DNA from: Eledone cirrhosa
Taxonomy: Eukaryota
Length of the DNA: 64,000 nt
Direction of reading: 5' to 3'
NCBI GenBank assembly: GCA_964016885.1
Contig: OZ024741.1
Location: 106,454,001-106,518,000, forward strand
Positions 12,901 through 25,381 of this stretch are shown in pieces (the first letter of the stretch is position 1; every line of letters begins with the position of its first letter). The notes below the pieces were generated by a model. It was not told the DNA's origin. It ran no database searches and was given only the letters and a program-made list of their open reading frames with translations. The translations under genes were made by a program, and so were the position numbers.

Positions 12901-15900
12901 TGGTGTTGGTGGTGTAGGTGTTGGTAGTGGTGGTGTTGGTAGTGGTGTTGGTAGTGGTGATGTTGGTGTTGGTAGTGGTGGTGTTGGTGTTGCTGGTAGT
13001 GGTTGTGTTGGTAGTGATGGTGTTGGTGTTGGTAGTGTTGGTGTTGGTGTTGGTAGTAGTGGTGTTGGTGTTGGTAGTGGTTGTGTTGGTGTTGGTATTG
13101 GTGGTGTAGGTGTTGGTAGTGGTTGTGTTGGTAGTGGTGGTGTTGGTGTTGGTAGTGGTGGTGTTGGTGTTGGTAGTTGTTGTGTTGGTGTTGGTAGTGG
13201 TTGTGTTGGTAGTGGTGGTGTTGGTGTTGGTAGTGGTGTTGTTGGTGTTGGTAGTTGTTGTGTTGGTGTTGGTATTGGTGGTGTTGGTGTTGGTAGTGGT
13301 TGTGTTGGTGTTGGTAGTGGTGGTGTTGGTGTTGGTAGTTGTTGTGTTGGTGTTGGTATTGGTGGTGTTGGTGTTGGTAGTGGTTGTGTTGGTAGTGGTG
13401 GTGTTGGTGTTGGTACTGGTGGTGTTGGTGTTGGTAGTTGTTGTGTTGGTGTTGGTAGTGGTGTTGTTGGTGTTGGTAGTGGTGGTGTTGGTGTTGGTAG
13501 TGGTGGTGTTGGTGTTGGTAGTGGTTGTGTTGGTAGTGGTGGTGTTGGTATTGTTAGTGGTGGTGTTGGTGTTGGTAGTGGTTGTGTTGGTATTGGTGGT
13601 GTTGGTGTTGCTAGTGGTGGTGTTGGTGTTGGTATTGGTGGTGTTGGTGTTGGTAGTGGTTGTGTTGGTGTTGGTATTGGTGGTGTTGGTGTTGGTAGTG
13701 GTTGTGTTGGGTAGTGGTGGTGTTGGTGTTGCTAGTGGTGGTGTTGGTGTTGGTATTGGTGGTGTTGGTGTTGGTAGTGGTTGTGTTGGTGTTGGTATTG
13801 GTGGGTGTTGGTGTTGGTAGTGGTTGTGTTGGTATTGGTGGTGTTGGTGTTGCTAGTGGTGGTGTTGGTGTTGGTATTGGTGGTGTTGGTGTTGGTAGTG
13901 GTTGTGTTGGTGTTTGGTATTGGTGGTGTTGGTGTTGGTAGTGGTTGTGTTGGTAGTGGTGGTGTTGGTGTTGGTAGTGGTGTTGTTGGTGTTGGTAGTT
14001 GTTGTGTTTGGTGTTGGTATTGGTGGTGTCGGTTTGGTAGTTGTTGTGTTGGTGTTGGTATTGGTGGTGTTGGTGTTGGTAGTGGTTGTGTTGGTAGTGG
14101 TGGTGTTGGTGTTGCTAGTAGTGGTGTTGGTGTTAGTAGTTGTTGTGTTGGTGTTGGTAGTGGTGTTGTTGGTGTTGGTAGTTGTTGTGTGGTGTTGGTA
14201 GTGGTGGTGTTGGTGTTGGTAGTTGTTGTGTGTGTGTGTTGGTATTGGTGGTGTTGGTGTTGGTAGAGGTTGTGTTGGTAGTGGTGGTGTTGGTGTTGCT
14301 AGTAGTGGTGTTGTGTTAGTAGTTGTGTGTGTTGGTGTTGGTAGTGGTGTTGTTGGTGTTGGTAGTTGTTGTGTTGTGTTGGTAGTGGTGGTGTAGGTGT
14401 TGGTAGTGGTTGTGTTGGTAGTGATGGTGTTGGTGTTGGTAGTGTTGGTGTTGGTGTTGGTAGTAGTGGTGTTGGTGTTGGTAGTGGTTGTGTTGGTGTT
14501 GGTATTGGTGGTGTAGGTGTTGGTAGTGGTTGTGTTGGTAGTGGTGGTGTTGGTGTTGGTAGTGGTTGGTTGTTGGTGTTGGTAGTTGTTGTGTTGGTGT
14601 TGGTAGTGGTTGTGTTTGGTAGTGGTGGTGTTGGTGTTGGTAGTGTGTTGTTGGTGTTGGTAGTTGTTTGTGTTGGTGTTGGTATTGGTGGTGTTGGTGT
14701 GGTAGTGGTTGTGTTGGTGTTGGTAGTGGTGGTGTTGGTGTTGGTAGTTGTTGTGTTGGTGTTGGTATTGGTGGTGTTGGTGTTGGTAGTGGTTGTGTTG
14801 GTAGTGGTGGTGTTGGTGTTGGTACTGGTGGTGTTGGTGTTGGTAGTTGTTGTGTGGTGTTGGTAGTGGTGTTGTTGGTGTTGGTAGTGGTGGTGTTGGT
14901 GTTGGTAGTGGTGGTGTTGGTGTTGGTAGTGGTTGTGTTGGTAGTGGTGGTGTTGGTGTTGTTAGTGGTGGTGTTGGTGTTGGTAGTGGTGGTGTTGGTG
15001 TTGGTAGTGGTGGTGTTGGTAGTCGTGGTGTTGGTGTTGGTAGTGGTTGTGTTGGTAGTGGTGGTGTTGGTGTTTGGTAGTGGTGGTGTTGGTATTGGTG
15101 GTGTTGGTGTTGGTAGTGGTTGTGGTGTTTTTGGTGTTGGTGGTGTAGGTGTAGTAGTGGTGGTGTTGGTGTTGGTGTTGGTAGTGGTGATGTTGGTGTT
15201 GGTAGTGGTGGTGTTGGTGTTGGTAGTGGTGGTGTTGGTGTTGGTAGTGGTGGTGTTGGTGTTGGTGTTGGTGGTGTTGGTAGTGGTAGTGTTGGTGTTG
15301 GTGGTGTAGGTGTTGGTAGTGGTGGTGTTGGTAGTGGTGGTGTTGGTGCTGGTAGTGGTGGTGTTGGTGTTGGTAGTGGTGGTGTTGTAGTGGTGGTGTT
15401 GGTGTTGGTAGTGGTGGTGTTGGTGTTGGTAGTGGTGGTGTTGGTGTTGGTAGTGGTGGTGTTGGTGTTGGTAGTGGTGGTGTTGGTGTTGGTGTTGGTG
15501 GTGTTGGTAGTGGTGGTGTTGGTGTTGGTAGTGGTGGTGTTGGTGTTGGTAGTGGTGGTGTTGGTGTTGGTAGTGGTGGTGTTGGTGTTGGTAGTGGTGG
15601 TGTTTGGTGTTGGTGTTGGTGGTGTTGGTAGTGGTGGTGTTGGTGTTGGTAGTAGTGGTGTTGGTGGTGTAGGTGTTGGTAGTGTTGGTGTTGGTAGTGC
15701 TGGTGTTGGTGTTGGTAGTGGTGTTGTTGGTGTTGGTAGTGGTGGTGTTGGTAGTGGTGGTGTTGGTGTTGGTAGTGGTGGTGTTGGTGTTGGTAGTGGT
15801 GGTGTTTGGTGTTGGTAGTGGTGGTGTTGGTAGTGGTGTTGTTGGTGTTGGTAGTGGTGGTGTTGGTGTTGGTAGTGGTGGTGTTGGTGTTGGTAGTGGT

Positions 15901-18900
15901 GGTGTTGGTAGTGGTGGTGTTGGTGTTGGTAGTGGTGGTGTTGGTGTTAGTAGTTGTTGTGTTGGTGTTGGTAGTGGTGTTGTTGGTGTTGGTTAGTTGT
16001 TGTGTTGGTGTTGGTAGTGGTGGTGTTGGTGTTGGTAGTTGTTGTGTTGGTGTTGGTATTGTTGGTGTTGGTGTTGGTAGTGGTTGTGTTGGTAGTGGTG
16101 GTGTTGGTGTTGCTAGTAGTGGTGTTGGTGTTAGTAGTTGTTGTGTTGGTGTTGGTAGTGGTGTTGTTGGTGTTGGTAGTTGTTGTGTTGGTGTTGGTAG
16201 TGGTGGTGTAGGTGTTGGTAGTGGTTGTGTTGGTAGTGATGGTGTTGGTGTTGGTAGTGTTGGTGTTGGTGTTGGTAGTAGTGGTGTTGGTGTTGGTAGT
16301 GGTTGTGTTGGTGTTGGTATTGGTGGTGTAGGTGTTGGTAGTGGTTGTGTTGTAGTGTGGTGTTGGTGGTGTTGGTAGTGGTGGTGTTGGTGTTGGTAGT
16401 TGTTGTGTTGGTGTTGGTAGTGGTTGTGTTGGTAGTGGTGGTGTTGGTGTTGGTAGTGGTGTTGTTGGTGTTGGTAGTTGTTGTGTTGGTGTTGGTATTG
16501 GTGGTGTTGGTGTTGGTAGTGGTTGTGTTGGTGTTGGTAGTGGTTGGTGTTGGTTGTTGGTAGTTGTTGTGTTGGTGTTGGTATTGGTGGGTGTTGGTGT
16601 TGGTAGTGGTTGTGTTGGTAGTGGTGGTGTTGGTGTTGGTACTGGTGGTGTTGGTGTTGGTAGTTGTTGTGTTGGTGTTGGTAGTGGTGTTGTTGGTGTT
16701 GGTAGTGGTGGTGTTGGTGTTGGTAGTGGTGGTGTTGGTGTTGGTAGTGGTTGTGTTGGTAGTGGTGGTGTTGGTGTTGTTAGTGGTGGTGTTGGTGTTG
16801 GTAGTGGTGGTGTTTGGTGTTGGTAGTGGTGGTGTTGGTAGTCGTGGTGTTGGTGTTGGTAGTGGTTGTGTTGGTAGTGGTGGTGTTGGTGTTGGTAGTG
16901 GTGGGTGTTGGTATTGTTTGGTGTTGGTGTTGGTAGTGGTTGTGGTGTTTTTGGTGTTGGTGGTGTAGGTGTTAGTAGTGGTGGTGTTGGTGTTGGTGGT
17001 GTTGGTGTTGTTAGTGGTGGTGTTGGTTTGGTAGTGGTGGTGTTGGTGTTGGTAGTGGTGGTGTTGGTAGTCGTGGTGTTGGTGTTGGTAGTGGTTGTGT
17101 TGGTAGTGGTGGTGTTGGTGTTGGTAGTGGTGGTGTTGGTATTGGTGGTGTTGGTGTTGGTAGTGGTTGTGGTGTTTTTGGTGTTGGTGGTGTAGGTGTT
17201 AGTAGTGGTGGTGTTGGTGTTGGTGTTGGTAGTGGTGATGTTGGTGTTGGTAGTGGTGGTGTTGGTGTTGGTAGTGGTGGTGTTGGTGTTGGTAGTGGTG
17301 GTGTTGGTGTTGGTGTTGGTGGTGTTGGTAGTGGTAGTGTTGGTGTTGGTGGTGTAGGTGTTGGTAGTGGTGGTGTTGGTAGTGGTGGTGTTGGTGCTGG
17401 TAGTGGTGGTGTTGGTGTTGGTAGTGGTGGTGTTGGTAGTGGTGGTGTTGGTGTTGGTAGTGGTGGTGTTGGTGTTGGTAGTGGTGGTGTTGGTGTTGGT
17501 AGTGGTGGTGTTGGTGTTGGTGTTGGTGGTGTTGGTAGTGGTGGTGTTGGTGTTGGTAGTAGTGGTGTTGGTGGTGTAGGTGTTGGTAGTGTTGGTGTTG
17601 GTAGTGCTGGTGTTGGTGTTGGTAGTGGTGGTGTTGGTGTTGGTAGTGGTGGTGTTGGTAGTGGTGGTGTTGGTGTTGGTAGTGGTGGTGTTGGTGTTGG
17701 TAGTGGTGGTGTTGGTGTTGGTAGTGGTGGTGTTGGTAGTGGTGTTGTTGGTGTTGGTAGTGGTGGTGTTGGTGTTGGTAGTGGTGGTGTTGGTGTTGGT
17801 AGTGGTGGTGTTGGTAGTGGTGGTGTTGGTGTTGGTAGTGGTGGTGTTGGTGTTAGTAGTTGTTGTGTTGGTGTTGGTAGTGGTGTTGTTGGTGTTGGTA
17901 GTTGTTGTGTTGGTGTTGGTAGTGGTGGTGTTGGTGTTGGTAGTTGTTGTGTTGGTGTTGGTATTGGTGGTGTTGGTGTTGGTAGTGGTTGTGTTGGTAG
18001 TGGTGGTGTTGGTGTTGCTAGTAGTGGTGTTGGTGTTAGTAGTTGTTGTGTTGGTGTTGGTAGTGGTGTTGTTGGTGTTGGTAGTTGTTGTGTTGGTGTT
18101 GGTAGTGGTGGTGTAGGTGTTGGTAGTGGTTGTGTTGGTAGTGATGGTGTTGGTGTTGGTAGTGTTGGTGTTGGTGTTGGTAGTAGTGGTGTTGGTGTTG
18201 GTAGTGGTTGTGTTGGTGTTGGTATTGGTGGTGTAGGTGTTGGTAGTGGTTGTGTTGGTAGTGGTGGTGTTGGTGTTGGTAGTGGTGGTGTTGGTGTTGG
18301 TAGTTGTTGTGTTGGTGTTGGTAGTGGTTGTGTTGGTAGTGGTGGTGTTGGTGTTGGTAGTGGTGTTGTTGGTGTTGGTAGTTGTTGTGTTGGTGTTGGT
18401 ATTGGTGGTGTTGGTGTTGGTAGTGGTTGTGTTGGTGTTGGTAGTGGTGGTGTTGGTGTTGGTAGTTGTTGTGTTGGTGTTGGTATTGGTGGTGTTGGTG
18501 TTGGTAGTGGTTGTGTTGGTAGTGGTGGTGTTGGTGTTGGTACTGGTGGTGTTGGTGTTGGTAGTTGTTGTGTTGGTGTTGGTAGTGGTGTTGTTGGTGT
18601 TGGTAGTGGTGGTGTTGGTGTTGGTAGTGGTGGTGTTGGTGTTGGTAGTGGTTGTGTTGGTAGTGGTGGTGTTGGTGTTGTTAGTGGTGGTGTTGGTGTT
18701 GGTAGTGGTGGTGTTGGTGTTGGTAGTGGTGGTGTTGGTAGTCGTGGTGTTGGTGTTGGTAGTGGTTGTGTTGGTAGTGGTGGTGTTGGTGTTGGTAGTG
18801 GTGGTGTTGGTATTGGTGGTGTTGGTGTTGGTAGTGGTTGTGGTGTTTTTGGTGTTGGTGGTGTAGGTGTTAGTAGTGGTGGTGTTGGTGTTGGTGTTGG

Positions 18901-21630
18901 TAGTGGTGATGTTGGTGTTGGTAGTGGTGGTGTTGGTGTTGGTAGTGGTGGTGTTGGTGTTGGTGTTGGTGGTGTTGGTAGTGGTAGTGTTGGTGTTGGT
19001 GGTGTAGGTGTTGGTAGTGGTGGTGTTGGTAGTGGTGGTGTTGGTGCTGGTAGTGGTGGTGTTGGTGTTGGTAGTGGTGGTGTTGGTAGTGGTGGTGTTG
19101 GTGTTGGTAGTGGTGGTGTTGGTGTTGGTAGTGGTGGTGTTGGTGTTGGTAGTGGTGGTGTTGGTGTTGGTGTTGGTGGTGTTGGTAGTGGTGGTGTTGG
19201 TGTTGGTAGTAGTGGTGTTGGTGGTGTAGGTGTTGGTAGTGTTGGTGTTGGTAGTGCTGGTGTTGGTGTTGGTAGTGGTGGTGTTGGTGTTGGTAGTGGT
19301 GGTGTTGGTAGTGGTGGTGTTGGTGTTGGTAGTGGTGGTGTTGGTGTTGGTAGTGGTGGTGTTGGTGTTGGTAGTGGTGGTGTTGGTAGTGGTGTTGTTG
19401 GTGTTGGTAGTGGTGGTGTTGGTGTTGGTAGTGGTGGTGTTGGTGTTGGTAGTGGTGGTGTTGGTAGTGGTGGTGTTGGTGTTGGTAGTGGTGGTGTTGG
19501 TGTTGGTAGTGGTGGTGTTGGTGTTGTTAGTGGTGGTGTAGGTGTTGGTAGTGGTGGTGTTGGTAGTGGTGTTGTTGGTGTTGGTAGTGGTGGTGTTGGT
19601 AGTGGTGTTGTTGGTGTTGGTAGTGGTGGTGTTGGTGTTGGTAGTGGTGGTGTTGGTGTTGGTAGTGGTGTTGTTGGTGTTGGTAGTGGTGGTGTTGGTG
19701 TTGGTGTTGGTAGTGGTGGTGTAGGTGTTGGTAGTGGTGGCTTTGGAGTTGGTAGTGGTGGTGTTGGTGTTGGTAGTGGTTGTGTTGGTGTTGGTAGTAT
19801 TTGTGTTGGTGTTGGTAGTGGTGGTGTTGGTGTTGGTAGTGGTGGTGTTGGTGTTGGTAGTGGTGTTGTTGGTGTTGGTAGTGGTGGTGTTGGTGTTGGT
19901 AGCGGTGGTGTTGGTGTTGGTAGTGGTGGTGTTGGTGTTGGTAGTGGTGGTGTTGGTGCTGGTAGTGGTGGTCTTGGTGTTGGTAGCGGTGGTGTTGGTG
20001 TTGGTAGTGGTGGTGTTGGTGTTGGTAGTGGTGGTGTTGGTGCTGGTAGTGGTGGTGTTGGTGTTGGTGGTGGTGGTGTTGGTGTTGGTAGTGGTGGTGT
20101 TGGTGTTGGTAGTGGTGGTGTTGGAGTTGGTAGTGGTGGTGTTGGTGTTGGTAGTGGTGGTGTTGGTGTTGGTAGTGGTGTTGTCGGTGTTGGTAGTGGT
20201 GGTGTTGGTGCTGGTAGTGGTGGTGTTGGTGTTGGTAGTGGTGGTGCTGGTAGTGGTGGTGTTGGTCTTAGTAGTGGTGGTGTTGGTGTTGGTAGTGGTG
20301 TTGTTGGTGTTGGTAGTGGTTGTGTTGGTGTTGGTAGTGGTTGTGTTGGTGTTGGTAGTGGTGGTGCTGGTAGTGGTGGTGTTGGTGTTGGTAGTGGTGG
20401 TGTTGGTGTTGGTAGTGGTGGTGTTGGTGTTGGTATTGGTGGTGCAGGTGTTGGTAGTGGTGGTGTTGGTGTTGGTAGTGGTGGTGTTGGTAGTGGTGGT
20501 GTTGGTGCTGGTAGTGGTGGTGTTGGTGTTGGTAGTGGTGGTGCTGGTAGTGGTGGTGTTGGTGTTAGTAGTGGCGGTGTTGGTGTTGGTAGTGGTTGTG
20601 TTGGTGTTGGTAGTGGTTGTGTTGGTGTTGGTAGTGGTTGTGTAGGTGTTGGTATTGGTGGTGTTGGTAGATGTGTTGTTGGTGTTGGTAGTTGTTGTGT
20701 TGGTGTTGGTAGTGGTGTTGTTGGTGTTGGTAGTGGTGGTGTAGGTGTTGGTAGTGGAGGTGTTGGTAGTGGTGTTTTTGGTGTTGGTAGTGTTGGTGTT
20801 GGTGTTGGTAGTGGTGGTGTTGGTGTTGGTAGTAGTGGTGTTGGTGTTGGTAGTGGTTGTGTTGGTGTTGGTAGTTGTGGCGTTGGTGTTGGTAGTGGTG
20901 GTGTTGGTGTTGGTAGTGATGGTGTTGGTGTTGGTAGTGGTGGTGCTGGTGTTGATAGTGGTGTTGCTGGTAGTGGTGGTGTTGTTGTTTGTAGTGGTGG
21001 TGTTGTTGTTGGTAGTGTTGGTGTTGATGTTGGTAGTGGTGGTTTTGATGTTGGTAGTGGTGGTGTTGGTGTTGGTGGTGGTGTTGGTGGTGTTGGTAGT
21101 GGTGGTGTTGGTGTTGGTAGTGGTGGTGTTGGTGTTGGTAGTGGTTGTGTTGGTGTTGGTAGTGGTGGTGTTGGTGTTGGTAGTGGTGTTGTTGGTGTTG
21201 GCAGTGGTTGTGTTGGTGTTGGCAGTGGTTGTGTTGGTGTTGGTAGTGGTGGTGTTGGTGTTGGTCGTGGTTGTGGTGGTTGGTGGTGTTAGTGGTAGTG
21301 GTTGGTGGTGGTAGTGGTAGTGGTATTGGTTGGTGGTGGTAGTGGTTGGTCTGTTGGTAGTGGTTGGTAGTGGTTTGTGGTGGTAGTGGTAGTAGTTGGT
21401 GGTGGTAGTGGTTGGGTTGGTGGTAGTGGTTGCTGGTGGTAGTGGTTCGTGGTCGTAGTGGTTAGTGGTGTTGGTGTTGGTGATGGTAGTTTTGATGGTT
21501 GTGTTGGTGGTGGTTGGGTCGATGATGGTTGTGTTAGTGGCGGTGGTGATGGTGGTTGTAGTGGTTGCGGTAGTTGCGTTGGGGATAGTTGTGTTAGTGG
21601 TGGGTGTTGACGATTGTTTTGGTGGTGGTT
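9962..21630. repeat. About 11.7-kb GGT/GTT/AGT triplet satellite (basic units GGTGTTGGTAGTGGT and GGTGTTGGTGTTGGTAGTGGT) with higher-order duplications
   Basis: Direct observation. Rare variants (AGTCGT, GGTACT, GTTTTT, AGTGAT) recur in the same order in several blocks. ORF-track entries 12126-12755 and 18237-18866 are identical. Confidence 0.95.
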
Positions 21631-21754
21631 GTGACACCACCACCACCACCACCATCACTACCACTACCACCACAGATGCACGTTCGACTTTTGAATTAAC
21701 GTATAAGTGGATGAGTATTCCACAAACACATATCTTTAATATAATTCGCTATTC

Positions 21755-21915
21755 ATTGGACGGGCTTCCATGCAGTTTCTGCCCACTCAATTTCACGACA
21801 AGGCTCATGCCGCCCAAGGTTATGTTAAAAGACACTTGTCTGAGATGCCACTCAATGGTCTCGAACCCGGTACCTCATAATTTGGAAGTGTTAACCACTC
21901 AGCCAAGTCTGCCTA
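21755..21915 (-). mobile_element. CORE-like SINE (OR-type)
   Basis: ACGGGCTTCCATGCAGTTTC...GACACTTGTCTGAGATGCC...CTCGAACCCGG...TTAACCACTCAGCCA is the reverse complement of a tRNA head plus CORE-like body. Confidence 0.7.
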
Positions 21916-21920
21916 TTTTG

Positions 21921-22750
21921 TAATGGCTTCTAATGTAAGCACAGGGTCAGCAATTTGCGAGGAGGAGTAAGTGGATTATATCGAACTAAGTACGTGATTG
22001 GTACTTTATTGACATCGGAAGGATGAAAAGCAAAGCTGACCTTGGTTGGATTTGAACTCAGGACGTAAAGACTCGGAATAAATGTTGCAAAATAACATTC
22101 TAACGATTCTACCAACACACCACTCTTGTATGTTATAATAATTGTTTCTACTTTTGGCGGCACAAGGCCAGCAATTACCTAGTACATTACTGGTACTTTA
22201 TTTTATCGACCCCGTAAGGATGAAAGGCAAAGTTAACTTCGACGAGACAGTAAATGGACGTAACTATGCTAGAAAGCATGGCGTCCAACCCTCTACCGAT
22301 ACTCCCAATTCACCGCCTTGTATGTCATAATAATGGTTTTTGATTTAGGCACAAGGCCAACAGTTTTTTGGGGATGGGAAAGTTGATTAAATCAGCCCTA
22401 GTGCGTTACTGGTACTTTATTTTATCGACCCAGTAAGGATGAAAGTCAAAGCCGAGCTTCGGTGGATTTGAAATCAGAACGTAAAGACTAAGAACAAATG
22501 GCACGAAACATTTTGTCAGATATTCTAACGATTCTACCAACCCACCGCTCCTGAATGTTATAATAATTGTTTCTACTATTGGCACAAGGCCATCAATTAT
22601 CCCAGTGCATTACTGGTACTTTATTTTATCGACCCCGTAAGGATGAAAGGCAAAGTTAACCTCGGCGGGATTTGAACTCAGAATGGCAAGGGCTGTAACT
22701 CTATGCCTCAAAGAATGGTGTCCGACCCTCTAGCGATACTGCCAATCCAC
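21921..22750 (-). mobile_element. Four head-to-tail copies of the tRNA-derived SINE
   Basis: Copies at about 21921-22125, 22140-22318, 22330-22550 and 22565-22750. Each contains GGTACTTTATT...GGATGAAA, and each is separated from the next by short TAA/TAT runs. Confidence 0.9.
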
Positions 22751-22972
22751 TTAATGTTTTCACTTTTCAGCTTGACAATTCTAACAGCTCTGTTACGCTT
22801 CATGAGTTTCCGACTCCCTATTTTGACAACATTTTAATAGAAATATAAAAATATTAGTGGGTGAGAAGAGACGGCCAGTTGTGAGACGGAAGTGGACTTT
22901 AAATAGCTTAGCCACACCAACACAACAAGGACACCAAGTGCATTTAGATTTATTATCTTTACATCTATTTTA

Positions 22973-23036
<64 letters not shown>

Positions 23037-23256
23037 GAATGCTATGGTTGACGGAGGCTCGGCTCTGTAAGGTATTGTAAATTTTGAACGCTATAACAAT
23101 TGTAAATTGTTTAAAACTTTAACCAACTTGTAGACAAAAACACCCTCCTCCCCGTGAGAGGGGTCTTTCTGCCCGGTATTTGGCCCTTCGGGGTTAAATA
23201 ACTGCTTATTGGGGTTTTGTGCCCAATATTTATTTTAAACAAAAAAACAAAACAAC

Positions 23257-25346
23257 ATGGCTACGAAAAAGAATTTTCATAGGTCACTCCCACTCATTCC
23301 GTCTTATTCTTCCTCAATCGTCACTACAGCAGAGAGAAGATTGTCTCTCTCCCTCCCTTCTTTAAATGTCTCTCTCCCTCCCTTCTCTTTCGCAAGCGAC
23401 GCCAGAAAAGAAAAGTCTCGTGCAAAGCGTGCAAGATTTCTCCACGACGACGACGACAACGACGAAACAGGTGTGCGGGAAATACGAAAACCCATTTCAT
23501 TCGTCTGAGGTCAGGAATAATAGCAGTAGCAGCCGTAATGACAGCAACAATGACAATGAAAACAACAGTAGCAGCCGCAACAGCATCAGCAGCAGCATAA
23601 ACAACAACAGCATTAGCAGCAGCAGCAACAACAACAACCACAGCAACAGCGGCGGCGGTAGTAGTCGTAGTACCTGCAGCAACAACAAAAGTAACAGCAG
23701 CTCTGACGACAACAACAACAGCAGCAAAGAAAAACCAATCTCGTTTGCAGGTATCGCGAAGAACCTGGAAACAATCCTCATAACAAATGAGGAATTAGAG
23801 GAAGCGAAGAAGATGGTGACAAAAACTGGACACCGAGCAATCTGCAAGGCAACGGAAACATTTTTCGAAACCCAACAGCACTGTACGGTCACGTACCGTA
23901 CAGTAAGTACAAAATCCCGTAGGGTGGAAAGAGCCACAGAGGCTCAAATACAAAAAGCCTTGGGGTCTGTGTGGCAGCGGAAAACGCACATCACCCGAGG
24001 CAAGAAATATGCCACCGTAGACGTACTTTTTGCCACACCCCAGGAGGCAAAGGCTCAATCCGCAGTGACCCTAAGGAGCGAGGAAATGGTGTTGGTGCCC
24101 TCCTACTGCGGGAAAAAATTGTGAGGGTCAAACTGACCCCCCCCCCGGGATGGCCCCTTCTTGGCTGGCCGCGTCTGTCCTCGTCGGAATCGAGGACAAA
24201 TCAACTGTACTGCAAGTACAGAAAAAAGTAAGAGAAGATTGGGTCGGCACCTCCATTGAGATGTTAATCCAAACCAACCAGGAGTGCATCGAAGCTATCC
24301 CGGATGTGATGGACTTCGATAACGGCACTCAACTGCCCATAAGTGTTGAGGGCAAACGCCCGAAATGCTTTCGCTGTGGATCGAAGACTCACCTCAGGGC
24401 CTTCTGCAACGCGAAGACCCTGAGAAAGGAGAAAACCCCCCTCCTTCCGAATCCGGCTCCACGGCTACCAGCAACAGGACAAGCGCCAACCAGGAACGAT
24501 AGGTCCGTGGCACCCATACCCACGCCACGGAAATCAAAAACAGCAGCAGCAGTGGAAGTATTAACAACAACAACAGCAATACCAAATGCAGCTGCAACAG
24601 AGACTCCAGTGCAAACATCACCAACAACAACAAGTGAAAGAGTGGAGCTGGTACCCCTCCCCAACCTCACAGAATCAGACATGGAGTGTGAGGTGGGAGA
24701 GGGATGGCAAAAGGTCGTAAGAAGGCACAAACGCAGAAGGAACGCATCGTCGCCTTTGAAAAGGGAGGAAAGAAATGAAAAAAGGGTAAAGTCTACTGCA
24801 AAGAGACTCACAGCAGCAACACCACCAACACCATCACCACCCACACTAGCACCACCATCACCACCGGCGACAACCCCACCGCCAACAACACCTTCAATAC
24901 CACCACCACAAGCACCAACATCGCAAACACAACAACAAAACACACACACCCAGCAACAACGACAAGAAAATAGCAGAACCACACCCCACCCCCAGAAAAA
25001 CAAATGCACGGCAATAAATACACACAACAAGAAACTAATGACTTACATAATTGAACACACAGACATTTCACAACACGACTACATAATACCAGCACCAATC
25101 AAAACGCCAACTAACATAAGACTGCTAAAAATAGCACAGAAACAATACACAAACATTAAAACGAAATTCCCCAACGCAGTTGGTGATTTCAGAGACCTAG
25201 GAGGAACTATCAACCGAAGAGTATATTCGGACATACTCATAGAAGAGCCGACGACCAGCCGAAGGGACGATTCAACGGTCCCTTCACCAGACGATCAAGT
25301 GAAAAGGGATGGAAAAACCATCCCTCCTCTACGAAAAGTACGGTAA
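23257..25346 (+). CDS. LINE ORF1 (gag-like nucleic-acid-binding protein), split by frameshifts
   Basis: ATG at 23257. Pieces 23366-24124 and 24150-25346 are separated by shifts near A and C homopolymers. Contains the zinc knuckle CFRCGSKTHLRAFC, an ISFAGIAK motif and a GWQKVVRRHKRRR basic patch. Confidence 0.8.
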
Positions 25347-25381
25347 GTGGTCTTTCCCATCTTTTCCACTCTATTTTAAAC

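Noticed and set aside
15947-21673. 1908-aa Thr/Asn ORF
   Set aside because: It is a translation of the satellite and drifts between repeat phases at indels. Not listed as a CDS.
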